From: Tissierellia bacterium
GTDB lineage: Bacteria; Bacillota; Clostridia; Tissierellales; Peptoniphilaceae
Assembly (NCBI GenBank): GCA_030535395.1
Contig: JAUNLK010000004.1
Coordinates: 33,209-97,208, forward strand
Reading direction: 5' to 3'
DNA length: 64,000 nucleotides
Shown here in pieces: positions 18,301-27,951 of the stretch (within the stretch, counting starts at the first letter, position 1; every line of letters begins with the position of its first letter). The notes under the pieces are model-generated. The model was not told where the DNA came from. It searched no databases and saw nothing but the letters and a program-made list of their open reading frames with translations. A program made the translations under genes and the position numbers.

Positions 18301-18377
18301 TGGCGGAGCTGAGAGGAATCGAACCCCCGGCACGTGCCTTAGGAGGGCACTGCTCTATCCTACTGAGCTACAGCTCC
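18301..18377 (-). tRNA. tRNA-Arg (anticodon CCT)
   Basis: The reverse complement is GGAGCTG-TA-GCTC-AGTAGGATA-GAGC-A-GTGCC-CTCCTAA-GGCAC-GTGCC-GGGGG-TTCGATT-CCTCT-CAGCTCC-G-CCA. This folds as a cloverleaf with a TTCGA T-loop and an encoded CCA. Confidence 0.9.
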
Positions 18378-18404
18378 CGATCTTTAATTTTGAGAGGGGC
18401 GGGC

Positions 18405-18656
18405 TCAGCCCTGCTTCCCCTCACTCTGCCGCTGCATATCCTCAACGACAATGTCAAAAATTTCTCCCAGGGTGGAACAGTACTCCAAAATTTCCCAGGG
18501 CTTATTGGTGTGGTAGTGAATTTTCATGAGCTCTTCGTCCCCCACAATAATGGTGGAATCCCCTTGGAAGGCCTCATCAAAGTGGGCCCGAACTCCATCC
18601 ACATCCAAATTTTCCCCTTCAATGAGCAGCTGGGTGTCATAGCGATATTCCAACAT
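18405..18656 (-). CDS. Stand-alone small protein resembling the C-terminal domain of DAK2-fusion protein YloV
   Basis: 83 aa. ...GDSTIIVGDEELMKIHYHTNKPWEILEYCSTLGEIFDIVVEDMQRQ parallels the GDS..vv....kvHvHT..P..vl....G.l..i.i.NM..Q pattern at the YloV C-terminus (memory-based). It has its own RBS, GGGAGGG. Confidence 0.5.
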   Translation of the reverse strand: MLEYRYDTQLLIEGENLDVDGVRAHFDEAFQGDSTIIVGDEELMKIHYHTNKPWEILEYCSTLGEIFDIVVEDMQRQSEGKQG

Positions 18657-18773
18657 GATATCCCTCCCTCACATACATTATAGCCGACAAAACTACTAAG
18701 CGGCAATGATTCACAATAATTTTATATTTGACCTTTGAAGTGGCCTCTTTTTTAATAATTTCAACTACGAGAT

Positions 18774-18806
18774 GAAAAAAAGTCCTGAAATTCAGGACTT
18801 ATTTTT
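18774..18806. terminator. Bidirectional terminator after the sigma operon
   Basis: AGTCCTG pairs with CAGGACT (18781-18799). It is flanked by the A-run 18774-18780 and by TATTTTT 18800-18806. Confidence 0.75.
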
Positions 18807-18810
18807 AAAA

Positions 18811-19440
18811 CTATTTTTTTTGAATGGCTATGGTTTCGATGATGCCATTGTTGGCCTCCACAATCTGATAGATGTGGTCGCCGTCGTCCACAATGGCCTC
18901 CACCTTCACTTCCATGCCCTGGTGGTCCAAGAGATAGAAGACCAGGCCGCCAATGGTGGTGAAGCCCAAGCCATCGATATTGTACTTGAAGCGCTCGTTG
19001 ATGACGCTGATCTCCGTGGCGGCGGAGAACATCCCCGACTGGGCGGGCTGGCTGATGGTGTTGTTCATCAAGAAGCGGCGGATGACAAAGACCAAGAGCA
19101 TGGCCAGCACCCCAATGAGCAGATCCACGGTGTCGTGGGCATAGATGAGGATTTTTCGAGCAATCATCATGACCAGGAGGTAGACCACGGAGCTCTCGCT
19201 GTGGGCCACCATCATCATGACAAATTCCAGACCAATGACCAAGAGCATCACGTGGGACAAAAACTCCTGGAGGAGTTCATAGCTCAGGGCCTTGTCGGAC
19301 TGCAGTATCGAAAGAAAGTAGCGACCCAAATCCGGTATGGAAATGATGATCCCCACAATGAGTATGGCGGAGAGGACCATTTCCAGGATGTAAATGAGCC
19401 GATTGATTACCAGGAGGTTTCTCTTTTGGTTCATAGGCAC
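18811..19440 (-). CDS. PsiE-like membrane protein fused to a small C-terminal soluble domain
   Basis: The N-terminal 4-TM region (RLIYILEMVLSAILIVGIII...VIGLEFVMMMVAH...LLVMMIARKILIY) resembles phosphate-starvation-inducible PsiE. The C-terminal roughly 70 aa (GFTTIGGLVFYLLDH...VEAIVDDGDHIYQIVEANNGIIETIAIQ) looks like a transporter-associated beta domain. It lies 22 nt downstream of the sigma gene. Confidence 0.5.
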   Translation of the reverse strand: MPMNQKRNLLVINRLIYILEMVLSAILIVGIIISIPDLGRYFLSILQSDKALSYELLQEFLSHVMLLVIGLEFVMMMVAHSESSVVYLLVMMIARKILIYAHDTVDLLIGVLAMLLVFVIRRFLMNNTISQPAQSGMFSAATEISVINERFKYNIDGLGFTTIGGLVFYLLDHQGMEVKVEAIVDDGDHIYQIVEANNGIIETIAIQKK

Positions 19441-19461
19441 CTACTTCTAGCCCCGAGGGCT

Positions 19462-20250
19462 CTAGTTTCTCACACTCTTCATGATTTCTTTGCGCATCTT
19501 TTCCAGAATTTTCTTTTCGATGCGGCTGACGGTCATTTGGCTGATCCCCAGTTTTTCCGCAATGGAGACCTGGGTCTTCTTGTTGTAGTAGCGGTCGATG
19601 AGGATGGTCTTTTCCACCTCGTTGAAATTTTCCATGGCCCGGGTGATGAAGTCGTTGATTTCGATTTTATCGAAATAGGCCTCCTCCTCCCCAATGAGGT
19701 CCACCAGATTCACTTCCCGGTCGTCCCCGCTGCCCTCATAGGTGAGGTCCAAACTTTGGGGGGCATAGACCTTGCTGGCCTCCATGACCTCCAGGACCTC
19801 GGCGGGGGTGATGTTCAAAAACTCCGCAATGTCCTGAATGGTGGGGGTCTTCTGATACTTCTGGGCCAGGGAGACCTTGGCATTGTTGATTTTCTTGGAC
19901 AGTTCCTGGACCCTCCGGGGCACCCGTATGGTCCAGCCCTTGTCCCGAAAGTACTTTTTGATCTCCCCTACAATGGTGGGGGTGGCAAAGGAGGAAAACT
20001 CGTAGCCCTTTTCGGGATTGTAGCGCTCCACAGCGTAGATGAGGCCCACGCTGGCCACCTGAAAAATATCGTCGTACTCAATTCCCCTGCCGACGTATTT
20101 TTTGGCCAAGATTTCCGCAATATAGAGGTGCTCCTCTATGAGAATGTCCCTGAGTTCCTGGTTTTTACTCTGGGCGTACTCATTGAAAAGTGCCTTGCGG
20201 GTTTCCTTGGACAATGGTTTTTTCGCGGCAATGTACTCTTCCTTGTTCAT
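19462..20250 (-). CDS. Group-3 sigma-70 factor of the SigB/SigF/SigG family
   Basis: Region 2 is DDIFQVASVGLIYAVERYNPEKGYEFSSFATPTIVGEIKKYFRDKGWTIRVPRR. Region 4 HTH is TQVSIAEKLGISQMTVSRIEKK. The ATGA overlap with the anti-sigma gene completes the gene order STAS, anti-sigma, sigma. Confidence 0.85.
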   Translation of the reverse strand: MNKEEYIAAKKPLSKETRKALFNEYAQSKNQELRDILIEEHLYIAEILAKKYVGRGIEYDDIFQVASVGLIYAVERYNPEKGYEFSSFATPTIVGEIKKYFRDKGWTIRVPRRVQELSKKINNAKVSLAQKYQKTPTIQDIAEFLNITPAEVLEVMEASKVYAPQSLDLTYEGSGDDREVNLVDLIGEEEAYFDKIEINDFITRAMENFNEVEKTILIDRYYNKKTQVSIAEKLGISQMTVSRIEKKILEKMRKEIMKSVRN

Positions 20251-20615
20251 CCCAGAGGATCCTCAGTCCTGAGGGCCTTTACGATATGGATGGCCCCTCC
20301 ATCAATGGACATGCCATCGGCCAGGGAGTCCAAAATCATCTCGGAGAAGCGGAGCTTTTCGTCCCCCTCCACCCGGTCGCGGTCCACTCCGGAGACGGAA
20401 AAGGAAATTTCCCCCTCCGACAGGTCGATATCTATGGTGAGCTCCTGGGCAACTTTGGAGATGAGGGCGAGGTTCAAGCTCTCCGTCATCAAAAGCTGTA
20501 TGTCCTCCACATCGTCAATGGGGAGTCTCTTTTCCAGTACAATTCCCGAGGCCACCAGTCGAGCCAGGGAGAGGTACTTGGGATCTGCGGGCAAAGTCAG
20601 TTGAAAGTGGTCCAT
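20247..20615 (-). CDS. Short RsbW/SpoIIAB-like anti-sigma factor with degenerate ATP-binding boxes
   Basis: 122 aa. The N-terminal half (LTLPADPKYLSLARLVASGIVLEKRLPIDDVEDIQLLMTESLNLAL) aligns by eye with RsbW/SpoIIAB. No clear DxGxG (G1) or GxGxG (G2) box is visible in the C-terminal half. Confidence 0.65.
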   Translation of the reverse strand: MDHFQLTLPADPKYLSLARLVASGIVLEKRLPIDDVEDIQLLMTESLNLALISKVAQELTIDIDLSEGEISFSVSGVDRDRVEGDEKLRFSEMILDSLADGMSIDGGAIHIVKALRTEDPLG

Positions 20616-20618
20616 GAT

Positions 20619-20963
20619 CTACTCCTCTATAAAGGTAAACATGGCGTCCAGTTGGGTGATGGTGAAGAGCTTGCGAATATTGTCCTTGATGTCCTTCATG
20701 AATATCTTGTGGCCGTCCTCGCGAACTTCCTTGAGAAGGTACATAAAGCCGCCCAGACCTGTGGAGTCCACATAGTCCAGCCTCCCCCCATCGATGAGCA
20801 CATCTTTCTTTGCTTTTTCGTAGGCTTCCAGGGACTGTTCCTTAAAGTCGGAAGCGTAGTACATGTCCAGTTCCCCTTGGGGGTACAGGACGATTTGATC
20901 CTGTTGTTCATCAATGGTCAGTTGAAATGCCATATTTGCCTCCTTGTATTGAGAAGTATACAA
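20619..20963 (-). CDS. STAS-domain anti-anti-sigma factor (RsbV/SpoIIAA-like)
   Basis: 114 aa. LDYVDSTGLGGFMYLL contains the conserved phosphorylatable DS(S/T)G motif. Confidence 0.85.
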   Translation of the reverse strand: MYTSQYKEANMAFQLTIDEQQDQIVLYPQGELDMYYASDFKEQSLEAYEKAKKDVLIDGGRLDYVDSTGLGGFMYLLKEVREDGHKIFMKDIKDNIRKLFTITQLDAMFTFIEE

Positions 20964-20984
20964 CAGCCCGTGGAGAGGAACAAG

Positions 20985-23411
20985 TTATTCCTCCCCAATG
21001 TAGCGGGCCACTGCCACCAGTCTCGAATCTTTGATATTCATGAGTTTCACACCGGAGGTGGATCTGCCCATGGTGGAAATGGACTGGGCCGACAGGCGAA
21101 TGATGGTGCCATTTTCCGTAATCATCATCACCTCGTCCCTGTCATCCAGGACCTTGGCGGTGACCACGGGGCCGGTTTTTTCCTTGGTCCTGTAGGTGAG
21201 AATGCCCTTGCCCCCTCGGTTTTGGGCCGTGTACTGATCCATGGCCGTCCGCTTGCCGTAGCCCTGTTCTGAGAAGACCGCCAGGGTCTTTTCATTGTCG
21301 GCCAGGACAAAGGCCACCACCTCGTCGCCCTCCTCCAGGCAGATGCCGTGGACCCCCATGGAAGTCCTGCCAATGGGGCGAATGGACGACTCCTCAAAGC
21401 GGATGCTCTTGCCCTGGGCGGTGATGATCATCAGCTCATCCCCCTCCCGGCTCTGGCGGGAGCCAATGACTTCGTCCCCTTCCCTTAAGCCAATGGCGAT
21501 GATGCCGTCCTTTCGAATGTGGCGGTAGGCGCTGAAGTCGGTCTTCTTCACCATGCCCTGGCGGGTCACCAGGGTGAGATTGTCCCCCTCCTCCACCGCC
21601 GATACCGGGATGATGGAGGCAATTTTTTCCCCCTCGTCCAGGGGCAGGAGATTGACAATGGCCGTGCCCTTGGCGCTCCTCCCCACATTGGGGATCTCGT
21701 AGGCCTTGAGCTTGTAGACCCTCCCCTTGGAGGTGAAAAAGAGAATGGTGTCCATGGTGGAGGTGATGAACAGCTCCGAGACAAAGTCGTCCTCTTTTTT
21801 GGAGAGGGCCCTGATGCCCTGACCCCCTCGCTTCTGGGGCTTGTAGGTCCCCTCGGGCATCCGCTTGATGTAGCCGCTGTTGGTGAGGGTGATGACGATG
21901 TCCTCCTCGTCGATGAGGTCCTCCTCGTCCACCTCCCCGGCATCGGCCATAATCACCGTGCGGCGGAGGTCCCCGAAGTCCTCCTTAATGGCCAGCAGCT
22001 CCTCTTGAATGGTGGCGTCCAAAATGCTCTTGTCGGAGAGAATCTCCTCCAGCTTTCGAATGAGGGCCAAAAGCTCCAGATACTCCTCCTCCAGTTTTTC
22101 CACTTGGAGGCCACTGAGGCGCTTCATTCTCATGTCCAAAATGGCCTGGCCCTGGATGTCGGTGAGGCCAAAGCGCTCCGTAAAGACTTCCTTGATCTCG
22201 CCATCGGTGCGGTGGGCCCGGATGATTTTGATGATCTCGTCAATGTGGTCCATGGCCAGTTTCAGCCCCTCGATGATGTGGACCCTGGCCTTGGCCTTTT
22301 TCAGATCGAATTCCGAGCGGCGGGTGATGACTTCCCGCTGGTGCTTCACATACTGGTGAATGAGCTCCTTTAAAGGCAGGACCCGGGGCACGCCGTCCAC
22401 CAGGGCCAAATTGATGATGCCGAAGGTGCTCTGGAGCTGGGTGTCCTTGTAGAGGCGGTTTAAAATTACATGGGGATTGGCATCCCGCTTGAGTTCCACC
22501 ACCACCCGCACGCCGTCTCGGCTGGACTCGTCCCGAATGTCGGAGATGCCCTCCAGCTTCTTGTCCTTGACCAGCTCAGCAATTTTCACAATCACATTGC
22601 TCTTATTCACCTGAAAGGGCACTTCGGTGATGACGATCTGATGGCGGCTTTTTAAGGGCTCAATTTCCGCCCGGGCCCGAACGGTGACCTTGCCCCTTCC
22701 CGTGGCATAGGCCTCCTTGATCCCCTCCTTGCCCATAATGAGGGCCCCAGTGGGAAAGTCCGGCCCCTTGATGTGCTTCATGAGCTCCTGAAGGGAGATC
22801 TCGGGGTCCTTCATATAGGCGATGATGCCGTCGATGGTCTCGTTCATATTGTGGGGGGCCATATTGGTGGCCATGCCCACGGCAATCCCCGAGGAGCCAT
22901 TGACGATGAGATTGGGAAAGCGGGAGGGGAGGACCACCGGCTCTTGAAGCTCCTCGTCGAAGTTGGGCATGAAGTCCACGGTCTCCTTGTTGAGATCCCG
23001 GAGCATTTCCGTGGCGAGTTTGGTCATGCGCACTTCCGTGTACCGCATGGCAGCGGCCCCGTCCCCGTCCATGGAGCCAAAGTTTCCCTGGCCGTCCGCC
23101 AGGGGATAGCGCATATTCCAGTCCTGGGCCATCCGCACTACGGCATCGTAGATGGAGGCGTCCCCGTGGGGGTGGTATTTACCCATGACATCCCCCACCA
23201 GCCGGGCACTCTTCCTGTGGGGCTTGTCGGGATAGAGACCCAGCTGCTGCATGCCGTAGAGGATTCTCCGGTGGACGGGCTTGAGGCCGTCCCGCACGTC
23301 GGGGAGCGCCCGGGCCACAATGACCGACATGGAGTACTCCAGGTAGGATTTTTTCATTTGGTCCTCCAGGACCACGGGCTGGATGCCCCCTGTATGTTCA
23401 ATCTGTGCCAT
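20985..23411 (-). CDS. gyrA: DNA gyrase subunit A
   Basis: 808 aa. It has [20 protein letters not shown], the [14 protein letters not shown], the active-site AAMRYTE, and C-terminal beta-pinwheel repeats. Confidence 0.98.
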   Translation of the reverse strand: MAQIEHTGGIQPVVLEDQMKKSYLEYSMSVIVARALPDVRDGLKPVHRRILYGMQQLGLYPDKPHRKSARLVGDVMGKYHPHGDASIYDAVVRMAQDWNMRYPLADGQGNFGSMDGDGAAAMRYTEVRMTKLATEMLRDLNKETVDFMPNFDEELQEPVVLPSRFPNLIVNGSSGIAVGMATNMAPHNMNETIDGIIAYMKDPEISLQELMKHIKGPDFPTGALIMGKEGIKEAYATGRGKVTVRARAEIEPLKSRHQIVITEVPFQVNKSNVIVKIAELVKDKKLEGISDIRDESSRDGVRVVVELKRDANPHVILNRLYKDTQLQSTFGIINLALVDGVPRVLPLKELIHQYVKHQREVITRRSEFDLKKAKARVHIIEGLKLAMDHIDEIIKIIRAHRTDGEIKEVFTERFGLTDIQGQAILDMRMKRLSGLQVEKLEEEYLELLALIRKLEEILSDKSILDATIQEELLAIKEDFGDLRRTVIMADAGEVDEEDLIDEEDIVITLTNSGYIKRMPEGTYKPQKRGGQGIRALSKKEDDFVSELFITSTMDTILFFTSKGRVYKLKAYEIPNVGRSAKGTAIVNLLPLDEGEKIASIIPVSAVEEGDNLTLVTRQGMVKKTDFSAYRHIRKDGIIAIGLREGDEVIGSRQSREGDELMIITAQGKSIRFEESSIRPIGRTSMGVHGICLEEGDEVVAFVLADNEKTLAVFSEQGYGKRTAMDQYTAQNRGGKGILTYRTKEKTGPVVTAKVLDDRDEVMMITENGTIIRLSAQSISTMGRSTSGVKLMNIKDSRLVAVARYIGEE

Positions 23412-23427
23412 TGCCTACCTGCACCTC

Positions 23428-25353
23428 CTAAAAGTCAATATTTTCCACATAGAGCGCGTTTTCTTCGATGAAATTTCTCCGGGGGGCCACTTCGCTGCCC
23501 ATGAGCATGGAGAAGACATCGTCGGCCTCCTCTGCGTCCTCCACCTTCACTTGGAGGAGGACCCTGTTTTCCGGATTCATGGTGGTCTCCCAGAGCTCGT
23601 CGGCATTCATTTCCCCCAGACCCTTGTAGCGGCTGATTTTGAGATTTTTGTCCCGTCCCAGCTCGTCCAGGGCAGTTTGAAGTTCCTGATCGCTGTATAC
23701 ATAGCGGAGGACCTTGCTCCCCCGCTTGATGCCATAGAGGGGGGGCTGGGCCACATAGACGTGGCCCTGGCGAATGAGCTCGGGCAAGTGGCGGAAGAAG
23801 AAAGTGAGCAGCAGGGTGCGAATGTGGGCACCGTCCACGTCGGCATCGGTCATGATGATGATTTTCCCGTAGCGGAGCTTTTCAATGTCGAATTCCTTGT
23901 CGATCCCCGTGCCAAAGGCGGTGATCATCATGCGAATTTCGTTGCTGTTTAAAATTTTGTCCAGACGGGCCTTCTCCACATTCATGATCTTTCCCCGAAG
24001 GGGGAGAATGGCCTGGTACTTGGCATCCCTGCCCGACTTGGCGGAGCCCCCGGCGGAGTCCCCCTCCACCAGGAAGATCTCCGTAATGGAGTTGTCATTG
24101 CTCTGGCAGTCCACTAGTTTGCCCGGCAGGGTGAGATTGTCCAGAATGCTCCGCTTCCGAGTCAGATCCCGGGCCTTTCTCGCCGCCTCCCGGGCCCTCC
24201 TGGCCTGGATGGTCTTTTCCAAGATGAGCTTGCTCTCCTTGGGGTTTTGCTCCAAAAACTCCTCCAGCTGCCGGGAGAGGACCCGCTCCACAATGGCCCG
24301 GGTTTCGCTATTGCCCAGCTTCGCCTTGGTCTGGCCCTCAAACTGGGGCTCCGAAAGCTTCACGCTGATGACGGCGGTGATCCCCTCCCGGACGTCGTCT
24401 CCGGAGAGATTGTCCTCCTTCTCCTTGATGAGATTGTACTTTCTGCCGTAGTCATTGATGGTGCGGGTGAGGGCCGAGCGGAAGCCCGACAGGTGGCTGC
24501 CCCCCTCGTCGGTGTAGATATTGTTGGCAAAGGTGAGGACATTTTCCGCATAGCCGTCGGTGTACTGAATGGCCAGCTCCACCGCCGTGTCCTCCTCCAC
24601 CTCATCCACATAGAAGATCTTCTGGTGAATGGGCTTTTTGCTGCGGTTTAAATAGGCCACATAGGACTCAATGCCCCCCTCGTAGTGGTACTCCTCCCGG
24701 TGGCCCTCTCCCCTGTGGTCCACAAATTCAAATTTGAGACCCTTGTTGAGGAAGGCCATTTGGCGAAATCTCCGGGTGAGGACCTCCCGCTCAAAGGTGG
24801 TGGTCTCCTGGAAGATCTCCCCATCGGGATAGAAGGTGATGGAGGTGCCCCGCTCCTCCTCTTCCCCCTGGGGCAATTTGCTCTTTTTGAGGTCCTTAGT
24901 GGTATTGCCCCTGGAAAATTCCATTTCGTAGAGGTATCCCTCCCGCTTCACCCGGGCGATGAGCTTGGTGGAGAGGGCATTGACCACGCTGACCCCCACC
25001 CCGTGGAGTCCCCCGGAGACCTTGTAGGCGGAGGAGTCGAATTTCCCCCCGGCGTGGAGGACGGTGAGAACCGTCTCCAAAGTGGAGAGGCCCGTTTGGG
25101 GGTGGATTTCCACGGGAATTCCCCGGCCATTGTCCTGGACTTCGCAGGAACCGTCCTCGTGGAGAATGATGGTGATGTGGTCGCAAAAGCCCGCCAGGGC
25201 CTCGTCCACGGAGTTGTCCACCACCTCATAGATCAAGTGGTGGAGCCCCTTGGGCCCAGTGGAGCCGATGTACATCCCCGGCCGTTTTCGGACAGGTTCC
25301 AGTCCTGTGAGCACCTGTATATTCTGCGAGGTGTACTGATTATTTTCCGTCAT
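23428..25353 (-). CDS. gyrB: DNA gyrase subunit B
   Basis: It has LEPVRKRPGMYIGS, a GHKL ATPase, and the Toprim motifs EGDSAGG and PLRGKILNVE-type. The start is set to the ATG at 25351-25353 (MTENNQY), preceded by GGGAGGTATT. Confidence 0.97.
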   Translation of the reverse strand: MTENNQYTSQNIQVLTGLEPVRKRPGMYIGSTGPKGLHHLIYEVVDNSVDEALAGFCDHITIILHEDGSCEVQDNGRGIPVEIHPQTGLSTLETVLTVLHAGGKFDSSAYKVSGGLHGVGVSVVNALSTKLIARVKREGYLYEMEFSRGNTTKDLKKSKLPQGEEEERGTSITFYPDGEIFQETTTFEREVLTRRFRQMAFLNKGLKFEFVDHRGEGHREEYHYEGGIESYVAYLNRSKKPIHQKIFYVDEVEEDTAVELAIQYTDGYAENVLTFANNIYTDEGGSHLSGFRSALTRTINDYGRKYNLIKEKEDNLSGDDVREGITAVISVKLSEPQFEGQTKAKLGNSETRAIVERVLSRQLEEFLEQNPKESKLILEKTIQARRAREAARKARDLTRKRSILDNLTLPGKLVDCQSNDNSITEIFLVEGDSAGGSAKSGRDAKYQAILPLRGKIMNVEKARLDKILNSNEIRMMITAFGTGIDKEFDIEKLRYGKIIIMTDADVDGAHIRTLLLTFFFRHLPELIRQGHVYVAQPPLYGIKRGSKVLRYVYSDQELQTALDELGRDKNLKISRYKGLGEMNADELWETTMNPENRVLLQVKVEDAEEADDVFSMLMGSEVAPRRNFIEENALYVENIDF

Positions 25354-25515
25354 AATACCTCCCAACCCGTCCCTTGGCCCGACCGCAAGGGTCTGGTACT
25401 GAGGATCGTCGTTACTTAATTCATGTAAAATTTATTTAAAAGTGATTATAAACTCTTGTGTGATCTTCCCCTTGGTGAAGATACTCTCCCATAAAAGCAT
25501 CCTAGGCGTGGACTT

Positions 25516-26607
25516 CTATGGATGGGGCAGCAGCTTGGAATTTTCCATCAACAGGGGCACCGGCAGCCCCCCCTGACTCAGGCCCCCCGGCTCCTCGGCC
25601 ATGGTGTAGAAGCACTGGAGGTCCTGGGTGGCCCTGATGAGCGCCCGCCTCCGCTCCTCGTCCAGCTCACTGAAGACATCGTCCAAGAGGACCACCGGCT
25701 CCGTGTCCAGGAGCTTTTTCAACAGCCAGATCTCCGCCAGCTTCAGGGATAAAATCACCGTTCGGTTCTGGCCGGTGGAGGCAAAGCGCTTGGCCTCCCG
25801 CTCCCCCAAGAGAAAGGAGATGTCGTCCAAGTGGGGGCCGTAGAGGCTCCTGCCCTGGCGCCGCTCCTCGGCCCGGGAGGCCTCCAGGCCCTCCAAAAGG
25901 TGGGCCTCCATCTCCCCCTCATCCCAGGAGATGGGAATGGTGGCCAGATACTGGAGGCGAATCTTCTCCCGGCCCCCGGAGAGGAGCTCATAGCCCCGCT
26001 GAATCTCCGGCACCAGGGCCGCCACCATTTTCAGCCGGGCGCGGAGGATGGCAGCCCCGTAGCGGGCCATCCTCTGATTGTACACCCGGAGGAGATTCTC
26101 CTGCAGCCCGTGTTTTAAGCCATAGGACTTCTGCCTCATGCTGTGATGGTACTCGGAGAGGGCCCGGCCATAGCCCTCATCCGCCATGGTGCACAGCTGG
26201 TCCAAAAAATTTCGCCGCTCCGTGGGGGAGCCGGTGAGGAGGCTCAAGTCCCTGGGGGCAAAGGTCACCAGGGCCCTGCCCCTCCGGTAGTCCTCCAAAT
26301 TCTTCACCCGATTGTTGTCGTAGATGAGGGTCCTGCGGCCCTCCTCCAAAGTCACCTGGAGCTTGTGCTCGTAGCCTGCAATGTCCAAGAGGGCCTCCAG
26401 GTAGGCGTACTCCTCCCCAAAGGTAATGGCCTCCTGGAGCCTCCGGGTCCGGGGGGAAGTGCCCCAAATCACGACAAAAACAGCTTCCAAAAGATTGGTC
26501 TTCCCCACCCCATTTTCCCCGAAAATGAGATAGGGACTGTCCTGGAAGCTGGCCGTAAACTGGCTATGGTTGCGAAAATTCATCAGCCGCAATTTCTTAA
26601 CGTACAT
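25516..26607 (-). CDS. recF: DNA replication/repair protein RecF
   Basis: Walker A GENGVGKTNLLEA, the signature region ASTGQNRTVILSLKLAE, and Walker B VVLLDDVFSELD. Confidence 0.95.
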   Translation of the reverse strand: MYVKKLRLMNFRNHSQFTASFQDSPYLIFGENGVGKTNLLEAVFVVIWGTSPRTRRLQEAITFGEEYAYLEALLDIAGYEHKLQVTLEEGRRTLIYDNNRVKNLEDYRRGRALVTFAPRDLSLLTGSPTERRNFLDQLCTMADEGYGRALSEYHHSMRQKSYGLKHGLQENLLRVYNQRMARYGAAILRARLKMVAALVPEIQRGYELLSGGREKIRLQYLATIPISWDEGEMEAHLLEGLEASRAEERRQGRSLYGPHLDDISFLLGEREAKRFASTGQNRTVILSLKLAEIWLLKKLLDTEPVVLLDDVFSELDEERRRALIRATQDLQCFYTMAEEPGGLSQGGLPVPLLMENSKLLPHP

Positions 26608-26644
26608 GATTCCCCCAACCTAGAGTATAGCACAAATGTTCGCT

Positions 26645-26842
26645 TTACTCAACGACCGCCCGTTCTCCATCAAAGGTGACCACATCTCCGGGGCGGAGTT
26701 TTCTCCCCCGGCGCCTTTCCACCTCTCCATTGACCCGAATGGCCCCGTCCTGAATGATGAATTTGGCCACACCGCCACTGTCCACCCAATTGAGCTTCTT
26801 CAAAAAGCGGTCCAGCTGGATGTATTCCCCTTGAATCTTCAT
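26645..26842 (-). CDS. yaaA: S4-domain RNA-binding protein (YaaA-like)
   Basis: 65 aa. IQLDRFLKKLNWVDSGGVAKFIIQDGAIRVNGEVERRRGRKLRPGDVV is an S4 fold. It sits in the conserved position between dnaN and recF. Confidence 0.85.
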   Translation of the reverse strand: MKIQGEYIQLDRFLKKLNWVDSGGVAKFIIQDGAIRVNGEVERRRGRKLRPGDVVTFDGERAVVE

Positions 26843-27936
26843 TGTCCCCCCAATCGCACGGGCAGGGCGAGGTAGAGGAAGTTGGGATCCTCTTCCAGAG
26901 TCATAATCATGGGGGAGACGGCATCCACAAAGCCCAAAGTCACCTCATCTGCGCTGACCACCTTGAGGCCCTCCAAGAGATAGCGGGCATTGAAGGCAAT
27001 CATAAGGTCGGCCCCCTCCTTTTCCATGGAGAGGACTTCGTGAACGGCCCCAATCTCGGAATTACTGGTGATGTGGAGGGTATTTTCCTCCATATTGAGG
27101 CGCACCAGGCCGCTGCGCTCCTTGCCCGTCATGAGGCTCGCCCGCTCCAGGGCATCGGCGAGGGCCCTGCGGTCCACGTGAACGGTGATGGGGTGGTCCC
27201 TTCTGATGAGCTGCTGGTATTTGAAGTAGTCCCCATTGAGGAGCTTGGTGTAGAACTTGGTATTGTCGAAAGTGAAGCAGATGTGATTGTTCCCCAGAGT
27301 CATGGGAATGGAGCCCCCCTCCTTGAGGAGCTTGGAGAGCTCCTGAACGGCCCGGGAGGGGAGGATGATCCCCCGGTTTAGGGACTCAAAGCCTGCAATG
27401 TGTTCCACTGCCATGCGGTAGCCGTCCAGTGCCACAAAGTCCAGGCCCTCTGGGGTGCTGTTCATATAGACCCCGGTGAGGGCGATGCGCATGTCGTCGG
27501 TGGCCACGGCAAAGGAAGTCCTTCCAAAGGCCTGGAGGAGACTCTCGGTGGCCACTTCCACCCGGTGACTGTCCTCCAGGGAGGGCATGTCGGGATAGTC
27601 GTCGGCATTTTGGCTCATCATATCAAAGGAGGAATTGCCGCAGCGGAGGTGGACCTTGCTTCCCTCCGTGGCAATGTGGACCATGGCCGATGGCAGCTTC
27701 CGGACGATTTCCGTAATGAGGCGGCTGTTGAGGACAATGGAGCCCTCCTCCTCCACCATGGCAGGGGCCACAGTTTCAATGGAAAGTTCCGTATCCGTGG
27801 CCCGAACGATGATATTTCCATCCCTGGCCTCCAACATGAGGCCCTCCAGTATTTGCAGATTGGTGCGTTGGGAAATGGCTCGAGCGGCAGTGGCCACTGC
27901 CGTCTGAAGATTACCCTTTTCGATTTGAAAAATCAT
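26839..27936 (-). CDS. dnaN: DNA polymerase III beta sliding clamp
   Basis: 365 aa with a three-domain clamp pattern, immediately downstream of dnaA. The RBS is AAGGAGC. Confidence 0.95.
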   Translation of the reverse strand: MIFQIEKGNLQTAVATAARAISQRTNLQILEGLMLEARDGNIIVRATDTELSIETVAPAMVEEEGSIVLNSRLITEIVRKLPSAMVHIATEGSKVHLRCGNSSFDMMSQNADDYPDMPSLEDSHRVEVATESLLQAFGRTSFAVATDDMRIALTGVYMNSTPEGLDFVALDGYRMAVEHIAGFESLNRGIILPSRAVQELSKLLKEGGSIPMTLGNNHICFTFDNTKFYTKLLNGDYFKYQQLIRRDHPITVHVDRRALADALERASLMTGKERSGLVRLNMEENTLHITSNSEIGAVHEVLSMEKEGADLMIAFNARYLLEGLKVVSADEVTLGFVDAVSPMIMTLEEDPNFLYLALPVRLGGQ

Positions 27937-27951
27937 GGCAGCTCCTTGTGT

